Positions 16,538-22,599 are shown, counted from the first letter of the stretch. The stretch: DNA of 24,000 nucleotides from Nitrososphaerota archaeon (GCA_033581555.1 JAVQSZ010000005.1:111537-135536), one strand, 5' to 3'. Program-made: numbers and translations. Notes: generated by a model not told the origin, from the sequence alone.

Positions 16538-18292
16538 ATGGTGTTCGAGACGCCCTTCGGTATAACGATGGTCGGCATCGTGATATTCCTGTTGACGTTC
16601 TTCACGTACAGCAGATGGGTCGACAGGAGGGTCTGGAGCCCCGATCCGAAGAGGCCGACACCGGCGCACATGTACATGGACGGCGTCGAGTTCTTCCCGG
16701 TCTCGAGGTTCGTGCTCTACGGGTTCCAGTGGAACTCCATCGCAGCGTTGGGACCGATCCTCGGACCCGGAATAGCTCTGACCTTCGGGTGGCTGCCCGC
16801 GTTCCTCTGGATCGTATTAGCTGCCCTGCTGATCGGGTGGGTCCAGGACTACAGCTCGATGTTCCTCTCGGTTAGGAAGGAGGGGAGGTCCTTCGGTCCG
16901 ATCGCGTACGAGCTGCTGGGCCCGACGCCTAGGAGGCTGCTGCTCGGGTTCCTGCTCTTTTACTTGCTTTTGATCAACGCGGCGTTCCTCTTCGTCGTGG
17001 CGACCGTCGTGGACGCGTTCGCGGGCGCGTTCTGGTCACTGTTAGTCCTCGTGATAGCCGCGGTCATTACCGGCCACCTTCTCTTCAAGGTGAAGATGCC
17101 CGTGGTGCAGGTCACACTGATCGCGGTCGTGTTGCTCGCGATCGGAGTCGTCATCGGAGCCATCTTCAACTGGCCTCCGCCGGGGACGCTGGGCACAGCT
17201 CCCTACACGCTCTGGTACGTTCCGCTGATCGCGCTCCTGGTGGCCGGCGCGATCCTCCCCATGCCCCGGCTGATCACGCCCATGAACTACATCGCCTACT
17301 ACACGCTCTTCCCGGCGGTCATCATGCTCGCGGTTGGGGCCCTCGCTTCGATCGTGACTGGCGTGAAGGTCAACACCCCAGCGTTCACGTCGTTCTTCGG
17401 TCCTTTCGCGACCGGACCGCTGTGGCCGGCGTTGTTCGTGAGCATAGCTTGCGGCGCCATCTCAGGTTGGCACAGTCTGGTGAGCACCGGCCTGACCAGC
17501 AAGCAGATCGACGTCGAGACTGACGTGAGGCCCGTGGGCGCCGGAGCCATGCTGAGCGAGAACCTCGTGGGTCTAACCTCGCTCGCCGCTTGGATCGTGT
17601 TGCCTGCGGGGACCGCGGTAGCGCCCGCGAACTTCCCGAGGGGCGCAGTGACGCTGACCAGCCCGGTCTTCGGAGGAGCCGCTATGGCGCCTTACCTGGC
17701 GATATTCTTCGCTAGCTACATGGTCGGGATGGCCGTCACGATCCTGACTATCCTCGGGAGGTTCTGGAGGGTGACGATGGCCGAGATCTTCTCGGGGACG
17801 TCGCTCAACTTCCTCGGAAACAAGTACGTCGCGACCGTGCTGGGGTTCGTGCTGCCGGTGGCGTTCGTACTGACCGGTTCGTGGATCAACATCTGGCTAT
17901 ACTTCGGGGGCACCAACCAGCTGCTGGCAGGGTTCGCGCTGCTGATCGTAGGGCTCTACCTGTTCTCCCTCAGGAAGTTCCACTGGTACAGCACCATCCC
18001 GGGCCTCTTCATGATGGTGACGACGCTGGCCGCGATCGCCTGGCAGACCAACGTGTTCGCCACTGCGACCATCAACCCGGTCATCAGGAGGCCCGACGGC
18101 ACCATCGCCCCGTTCTTCCCGCAGCAGGCTCCGCTGCTCAACCTAGGAGGTCCGGGAGCGCTGACGGCGATCAACGCCTTCTCGACCGTGATGGGTATGA
18201 TCATGTTCGTGATCGGGCTGATGATGGCGATCTTCTTCATCAGAGCCTTCCTGAGGTACGCGAGGCAGCCGACTCAGCCCACCGCGACCTAA
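16538..18292 (+). CDS. cstA: Carbon starvation protein A (CstA) family transporter (peptide/pyruvate transporter family)
   Basis: Close motif-level match to E. coli CstA as I remember it: DPKRPTPAHMYMDGVEFFP, LYGFQWNSIAALGPILGP (cf. LFGHHFAAIAGAGPLVGP), GWVQDYSSMFLSVRKEGRSFG (cf. GAVQDFMVLFVSTRRDGRSLG), IACGAISGWHSLVSTGLTSKQ, NQLLAGFALL. ATG 16538 is preferred over the track start 16511 because of the TATA spacing. Confidence 0.9.
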   Translation: MVFETPFGITMVGIVIFLLTFFTYSRWVDRRVWSPDPKRPTPAHMYMDGVEFFPVSRFVLYGFQWNSIAALGPILGPGIALTFGWLPAFLWIVLAALLIGWVQDYSSMFLSVRKEGRSFGPIAYELLGPTPRRLLLGFLLFYLLLINAAFLFVVATVVDAFAGAFWSLLVLVIAAVITGHLLFKVKMPVVQVTLIAVVLLAIGVVIGAIFNWPPPGTLGTAPYTLWYVPLIALLVAGAILPMPRLITPMNYIAYYTLFPAVIMLAVGALASIVTGVKVNTPAFTSFFGPFATGPLWPALFVSIACGAISGWHSLVSTGLTSKQIDVETDVRPVGAGAMLSENLVGLTSLAAWIVLPAGTAVAPANFPRGAVTLTSPVFGGAAMAPYLAIFFASYMVGMAVTILTILGRFWRVTMAEIFSGTSLNFLGNKYVATVLGFVLPVAFVLTGSWINIWLYFGGTNQLLAGFALLIVGLYLFSLRKFHWYSTIPGLFMMVTTLAAIAWQTNVFATATINPVIRRPDGTIAPFFPQQAPLLNLGGPGALTAINAFSTVMGMIMFVIGLMMAIFFIRAFLRYARQPTQPTAT

Positions 18293-18308
18293 GTCTTTTC
18301 AGTCAACG

Positions 18309-18318
18309 TTTTTTAAAT
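18309..18318 (+). promoter_or_regulatory. Strong TATA box (TTTTTTAAAT) for the small-ORF/ArsA-like unit; its T6 run could also terminate cstA transcripts
   Basis: This is the only long A/T run in the 50-bp cstA to small-ORF gap, 24-33 nt upstream of ATG 18342. Confidence 0.45.
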
Positions 18319-18325
18319 GGTCCAC

Positions 18326-18337
18326 GTGAACATTCAC
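18326..18337. promoter_or_regulatory. Operator-like palindrome GTGAA-CA-TTCAC between the TATA box and the start codon
   Basis: GTGAA (18326-18330) and TTCAC (18333-18337) are exact reverse complements. The site overlaps a CACGTG hexamer (18323-18328) and sits where archaeal repressors typically block initiation. Confidence 0.3.
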
Positions 18338-18341
18338 TGGC

Positions 18342-18614
18342 ATGGGTAAGGGCGGTTTTCTTTCGTCGATGAAGAAGGCGCTGTCTGAGGTCACATACGG
18401 AGCCGCGCTGCACGGTCAGGTCTCCGCGGTCCTCAAGACGAGGATGTACATCGAGCACATGTTCATACTGATGATACTGGGCGACATGCTAGGGTTCCCG
18501 ATACTCCCGCCCTACTACTCGCTGAGGCTGCTGCCGTACGCAGTCCCCAACGTCAAGGCTTGGAAGCACAGGTTCTACAGGGAGAGGGACTTCACCGACG
18601 TGATCTACGGGTGA
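18342..18614 (+). CDS. Small (90 aa) hydrophobic protein; possible divergent YbdD/YjiX (DUF466)-like CstA partner with an inserted hydrophobic segment
   Basis: Coding-type codon bias. Motifs YIEHM and FYRERDFTDVIYG(stop) parallel YVEHM and FFRERQDARYGG of E. coli YbdD/YjiX (recalled from memory), in the same order. The gene lies directly downstream of cstA, as ybdD does. The central segment MFILMILGDMLGFPILPPYYSLRLLPYAV is hydrophobic. Its stop TGA 18612-18614 overlaps GTG 18611. Confidence 0.6.
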   Translation: MGKGGFLSSMKKALSEVTYGAALHGQVSAVLKTRMYIEHMFILMILGDMLGFPILPPYYSLRLLPYAVPNVKAWKHRFYRERDFTDVIYG

Positions 18615-19612
18615 TTCGGGTGGCCTGGGGCTTAAGGGACGTAGTCCTGAGGGACGGAGGCCCCCGGATGGTCATCTTCGCGGGAAAGGGAGGCCTCGGG
18701 AAGACGACGAGCAGCGCAGCCCTTGCGTACGCCGCGGCCCTCTCCGGCAAGAGGGTGCTCTGCTTCAGTACCGACCCGCAGGCCAGCCTCAGCGACATCT
18801 TCGAGCGGGACATCTTCGGGAAGGGCGAGGTCGAGGTGGCCAGGAACCTCTACGTCGTCGAGATAGACGCAGACGCGAAGATCAGCGCCTACATAGCAGA
18901 GGTGAAGCAGAGGATCAGGGACATGTACAAACTCGAGGAGATCCCGGCCGAGATCGAGGCCTACATCGACAGCTCGGTCGCGGAGCCCGCGATGTACGAG
19001 TCAGCGACTTACGACGCGATGGCCGACTACCTCGCGAGGGGCGACTACGACCTGTACGTCTTCGACATGCCGCCCTTCGGTCACGGGATCAGGATGCTCA
19101 CGATGGCCGACGTCCTGACCAGCTGGGTCGAGAAGCTCACGGAGGTCCGTGAGAAGGCCAGGGAGTACGACGAGATCGCGAGCAGGCTGAAGGGCGAGAG
19201 GCTGATCAAGGAGGACGAGATCCTGAACGAGCTGAAGGCCATCAAGGACAAGCTGACGACCTTCACCGACTTCATGAGGGACAAGACAAAGTCAGCCTTC
19301 TTCATGGTCATGACCCCCGAGATGATGTCCGTCCACGACACCGAGAGGGCCCTTCAGGCCTTCAGGTCGATCGGCCTCACCCTCTCCGGGATAGTCCTGA
19401 ACAAGGTCCTCCCGAAGGAGCTCGGGTCGAACCCGTCGCCGTACATCTCCTACAGGTACAAGCAGCAGGAGGCGGTCCTGAAGGTGATAGAGGAGAAGTT
19501 CGGGGACCTCGTCGTCGCCGCGATCCCGATGTTCCCGAGGGAGCCGAAGGGCCTCGAGGGGCTGAAGGAGGTCGCCAAGCACCTCGTCGACGGGGTGACG
19601 AGGGTGTGGTGA
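18611..19612 (+). CDS. ArsA/Get3-family P-loop ATPase, subunit 1 (catalytic motifs mostly intact)
   Basis: Deviant Walker A AGKGGLGKTT. The ArsA/Get3 switch I region reads FSTDPQASLSD (cf. STDPAHSLSD). Switch II reads FDMPPFGHGIRML (cf. DTAPTGHTLRLL). GTG 18611 is chosen because of the GTGA overlap with the small ORF and because the RDGGP segment before the P-loop is shared with subunit 2. ATG 18668, preceded by GGAGG at 18656-18660, is a strong alternative. Confidence 0.85.
   Translation: MIRVAWGLRDVVLRDGGPRMVIFAGKGGLGKTTSSAALAYAAALSGKRVLCFSTDPQASLSDIFERDIFGKGEVEVARNLYVVEIDADAKISAYIAEVKQRIRDMYKLEEIPAEIEAYIDSSVAEPAMYESATYDAMADYLARGDYDLYVFDMPPFGHGIRMLTMADVLTSWVEKLTEVREKAREYDEIASRLKGERLIKEDEILNELKAIKDKLTTFTDFMRDKTKSAFFMVMTPEMMSVHDTERALQAFRSIGLTLSGIVLNKVLPKELGSNPSPYISYRYKQQEAVLKVIEEKFGDLVVAAIPMFPREPKGLEGLKEVAKHLVDGVTRVW
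18648..18664 (+). repeat. 17-mer TGAGGGACGGAGGCCCC, copy 1 (16/17 identical to 19610-19626)
   Basis: Direct comparison of the two regions preceding the P-loops of the tandem ATPase genes. Confidence 0.8.
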
Positions 19613-20607
19613 GGGACGGCGGCCCCATAACCGGGGAGCACAGGTTCGTCTTCGTCGGAGGAAAGGGGGGCGTCGGGAAGACGGTACTCGCGGCCGCGTT
19701 GGCCTACGACGCGACGCTCCACGGCAAGAGGGTGCTACTGGCGAGCCTCAACCCAGTCCACTCACTCACGAGCCTCTTCGGTCAGGACCTAGCGGGCGGG
19801 AAGCTCACGAGGATCGAGGGCGCTGAAGGCCTTGACGCGATCGAGGTCGAGATAGATGACCTAGTCCGGGACTATAAGGCCAAGATGACCGGGAGGCTGA
19901 GGGAGTTCTTCAGGTGGGCGGAGGTCCCCATCAACCCCGATCCTTTCATAGAGGTCGCGACGACGAACCCAGCCTTCCACGAGTCCGCGATGTTCGACCG
20001 CGTGATGGACCTCATCCTCGAGGCGGGAGGGAAGTACGACCTGGTGGTCTTCGACACTGCTGCGGTCGCTAACGCGGTGAGGTTGATCGGGCTCAGTAAG
20101 CTCTACGGCCTCTGGCTCGCGAGGATGATCCAGTCGAGGAGGGAGGCGCAGCAGTTCAGGCTCAGCCTCTCCTTCAGGAAGGAGAAGGTGATGGAGGAGA
20201 TCAAGAGGGACCCGGTGATCGCGGACCTCATCGCCCTCCACGAGAAGTTCACGAAGACCAGGGAGGTGATAACTGACCCGAAGCTCACGGGCTTCTACTT
20301 CGTAACGACTCCTGAAAGTCTGCCGATCTCCGTCGTGGTGAGGTTCATCAAGATGGTTGAGGCCTTCAACATCCCGGTAGGCGGTGTCTTCGTGAACAAC
20401 GTGATCGACGCCTCCGAGGCGTCCTCCGACCCCTCCGGGTACCTGTCAGCTAAAGTGGAGGAGCAGCGCAGGTACCTGAAGATGATCGCGGAGCAGATGG
20501 GCGACAAGGTGAAGGGCTACGTGAGGTCGTTCCCGAGCGAGGTGAGGGGCATCGAGGCCTTGAGGGCTGTCGTCGAGGACCTGAGGGGCTACAGGCCGAG
20601 CTTCTGA
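19606..20607 (+). CDS. ArsA/Get3-family P-loop ATPase, subunit 2 (degenerate switch I/II, probably non-hydrolytic)
   Basis: Walker A is intact (GGKGGVGKT). Switch I reads ASLNPVHSL, with Asn in place of the catalytic Asp of TDPAH. Switch II reads FDTAAVANAVRL, so the P-T-G-H of DTAPTGHT is lost. GTG 19606 overlaps the subunit-1 stop (19610-19612) by 7 nt. No other canonical start exists before the P-loop. Confidence 0.85.
   Translation: MVRDGGPITGEHRFVFVGGKGGVGKTVLAAALAYDATLHGKRVLLASLNPVHSLTSLFGQDLAGGKLTRIEGAEGLDAIEVEIDDLVRDYKAKMTGRLREFFRWAEVPINPDPFIEVATTNPAFHESAMFDRVMDLILEAGGKYDLVVFDTAAVANAVRLIGLSKLYGLWLARMIQSRREAQQFRLSLSFRKEKVMEEIKRDPVIADLIALHEKFTKTREVITDPKLTGFYFVTTPESLPISVVVRFIKMVEAFNIPVGGVFVNNVIDASEASSDPSGYLSAKVEEQRRYLKMIAEQMGDKVKGYVRSFPSEVRGIEALRAVVEDLRGYRPSF
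19610..19626 (+). repeat. 17-mer TGAGGGACGGCGGCCCC, copy 2
   Basis: See 18648-18664. Here the TGA is the stop codon of subunit 1. Confidence 0.8.
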
Positions 20608-20623
20608 CCCCGGTCCGAGGGGT

Positions 20624-21094
20624 TTGAGGAGGAACAGGTTCGACCTCTTCACCGGCAACATCGTCATCGGGACTTACAGGTTCCTCACGCTGGTCCTGCC
20701 GGAGGGCTGGGCGGTCCAGAGGAGCAGGGCGCCCTCGGACATCTACTACACCGGCGTCGTGCAGGGGAAGGGCTGGGTGACGGAGGGCTACGCGCACTAC
20801 TACCTCACGAACCTCGTGACCGGCGAGCGGTACGACCTCCTCATCGAGGTCAAGAAGGGCGCGAAGGGCGTGGACCTGACCGAGCAGTCGGAGCTCACGA
20901 CGTTCTCCGGCCACTCCGCCTCCGTCAGCAAGAGGGTCTACTCCGTCGGCCTCTTCAGGAAGAGGGAGGTCAGGGAGGTTACCATCAAAACCGCCTGCCA
21001 GCTGACCTCGAGGACGATCGCGATCCAGATCAGCTCCCAGGAGGACCTGCCAAGTGAGGTCCTGGAGGCCCTCTCGGAGTCGGAGTGCCACTAG
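20624..21094 (+). CDS. Hypothetical protein (156 aa, predicted mostly beta, C-terminal SESECH)
   Basis: Strong G/C third-position bias in this frame. TTG 20624 is preceded by GAGGGG (20616-20621), 17 nt after the ArsA-like subunit 2 stop. I recognise no motif. Confidence 0.6.
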   Translation: MRRNRFDLFTGNIVIGTYRFLTLVLPEGWAVQRSRAPSDIYYTGVVQGKGWVTEGYAHYYLTNLVTGERYDLLIEVKKGAKGVDLTEQSELTTFSGHSASVSKRVYSVGLFRKREVREVTIKTACQLTSRTIAIQISSQEDLPSEVLEALSESECH

Positions 21095-21117
21095 TCCCCT
21101 GAGTTCCGGAGGAACGG

Positions 21118-21124
21118 CTAAAAC
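21118..21124 (+). promoter_or_regulatory. TATA-like box (CTAAAAC) for the 207-aa membrane-anchored protein gene
   Basis: 23-29 nt upstream of GTG 21147. It resembles the GCTAAAAAC element at 703-711. Confidence 0.3.
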
Positions 21125-21146
21125 CGGCTGTACCTTCAGAACGGGC

Positions 21147-21770
21147 GTGGATGTCGACCCGCTGTACGTCGTCGCGGCCATCGCGGTCATCCTGATCGCC
21201 CTCTCGATCGCCGGGAACGTGGCAGGTAGGAGGAGGGTCGACGCGGCGGTAATAGCGGTGGTGGACGCGGTGAGGTCGCTGGGCGGCGAGCTGAAGCTCG
21301 TCGGGAGGACCTCCTCCGCGGCGCTCCTTAAGGGATCCGGGCTCAGGCCGATGAAGGAGTTCTCGGTCATGATAGGCCTCGTCCCCAGGGGGAGCCCCCT
21401 CGCCCTCCTGGTCGCGAAGCTCGCCGGCAGGAAGGACCTTGTGATGATAAGGGGCGCCTTGGAGAGCGAGCCTCCGATGAACATCGCGGTCTTCGCGAAG
21501 GGTGCGGGCGTCGAGAGGCACGCGAAGAGGTGGGGGAAGGAGGTCAAGGACCTGGGAGGGCTGGTCGTCGCCTACGACGGCGCGGACCTTCAGCTCGACC
21601 TCTCGAAGCTGGAGCCGCTCCGGAGCACCGGCGCCATCATGCTGGCCCTCCGCGACCACCTCCCTCACGTCTACGCTTACATCAGCCTAGAGTCCGACAT
21701 CAGGTCCTCTCTCTCCGCGGTCCTGACCGGGCTCAACGAGCTCCAGAGGGCGGCGCGGCGGGGTACTTAG
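21147..21770 (+). CDS. Hypothetical protein with a single N-terminal transmembrane anchor (about 207 aa)
   Basis: From GTG 21147: MDVDPLYVVAAIAVILIALSIAGNVAGRRR..., a TM helix followed by a positive patch and a soluble domain. Coding-type codon bias. The track start 21054 would overlap the preceding gene by 41 nt and add an Arg/Ser-rich extension. No recognised motif. Confidence 0.6.
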   Translation: MDVDPLYVVAAIAVILIALSIAGNVAGRRRVDAAVIAVVDAVRSLGGELKLVGRTSSAALLKGSGLRPMKEFSVMIGLVPRGSPLALLVAKLAGRKDLVMIRGALESEPPMNIAVFAKGAGVERHAKRWGKEVKDLGGLVVAYDGADLQLDLSKLEPLRSTGAIMLALRDHLPHVYAYISLESDIRSSLSAVLTGLNELQRAARRGT

Positions 21771-21786
21771 CGGCCCGTTCCAAAAG

Positions 21787-21794
21787 CCTTATCA
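21787..21794 (+). promoter_or_regulatory. TATA-like box (CCTTATCA) for the 140-aa thioredoxin-fold-like gene
   Basis: 25-32 nt upstream of ATG 21819. Same CCTTAT core as 751-756. Confidence 0.3.
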
Positions 21795-21818
21795 CCGATC
21801 CGGTGCGTGAGACGGCAG

Positions 21819-22241
21819 ATGGCAGGCTCGATCCAGCTGAGGGTCGTCTTGCTCGACGTCTACCCGACGCAGCTGGGCCACTGCCCGCACTACAATCTGG
21901 TCTCGTCGCAGATGATGGCGGCGGGCTCCGAGTTCTGCGAGCTCTCCTCCCAGGCCCTCGAGTACCCGCAAGAGGTCATCGAGAGTCACAGGAGGGCACT
22001 CGCGGTCTTGAACGTCCTGAGGAGGGCCCTGGACGGAAAGGAGGTCAACGTCGAGGTCGAGATGGTCGACGCGCTCTCCCCCAAGGGCTTCCTGCTCTCC
22101 CTCAGGTACGGCGTGAGGGGGAATTTCGCGGTCGTCGTCAACGGGAAGAAGGTCTACGACGGCGAACCCAGCGTGGAGGCCGTCGAGCGTGCGCTTGAGG
22201 ACTACGTCTCGGAAGCGTTGAACCTCAGGCGTGTGAGTTGA
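21819..22241 (+). CDS. Hypothetical protein with thioredoxin-fold-like pattern (Thioredoxin_3/ArsD-like) lacking a CxxC pair
   Basis: An N-terminal beta strand is followed by a lone Cys (LRVVLLDVYPTQLGHCPHY). The C-terminal GNFAVVVNGKKVYDGEPSVEAVERALEDY resembles the xPALVINGKVVxxGxxPSxEEI end of small thioredoxin-like proteins and the LPLLLLDGETVMAGRYPKRAEL end of ArsD. This is pattern recognition only. ATG 21819 is preferred over GTG 21807. Confidence 0.55.
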   Translation: MAGSIQLRVVLLDVYPTQLGHCPHYNLVSSQMMAAGSEFCELSSQALEYPQEVIESHRRALAVLNVLRRALDGKEVNVEVEMVDALSPKGFLLSLRYGVRGNFAVVVNGKKVYDGEPSVEAVERALEDYVSEALNLRRVS

Positions 22242-22599
22242 CGATAGAGGCGAAGAGAATCCGCGAACCCTCTTCACCAGGGGACGGCTTCAGGGTTCTC
22301 GTCGACAAACTGTGGCCGCGATGCCTCCCGAAGGACACCGCGAAAGTTAACGCCTAGTCGAAGGAGCTGGCGCCGTCGGATGAGTTGAGGGGGTGGTTCG
22401 GTCGCGATCAGTCGAAGTGGTGGAGTTCGAGCACGAGTACTTCACTGGACTGAAGGGCAAAGAGGACCTGTTGGAATGCATCCGTGAGATGGAGAGGAGA
22501 CACGGAGTCGTAATCCTGCCCTTCGCGGCGAGAGGTGTGCATCGCGACGCCGCGGTCGCGCTGCTTGAGTACCCAAGCCGCGGAAGATCTCACCCGTAA
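22238..22599 (+). pseudogene. DUF488-family gene inactivated by an in-frame TAG and a 1-nt deletion
   Basis: Frame A from TTG 22238 reads TIEAKRIREPSSPGDGFRVLVDKLWPRCLPKDTAKVNA*SKELAPSDELRGWFGRDQSKW. The TAG at 22355-22357 sits where DUF488 proteins have Trp (TGG). The homology then continues in the -1 frame from ~22420: VEFEHEYFTGLKGKEDLLECIREMERRHGVVILPFAARGVHRDAAVALLEY (track ORF 22393..22599). The junction tgg-tgg-ag is consistent with loss of one g from tgg-gtg-gag. Confidence 0.75.

Noticed and set aside
20450-21547. 365-aa minus-strand ORF spanning the ArsA-like 3' end and both orphan genes
   Set aside because: The composition is Pro/Arg/Ala/Ser-rich with no motifs, and G/C3 bias favours the plus-strand frames. 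It is kept in mind only as an annotation trap.
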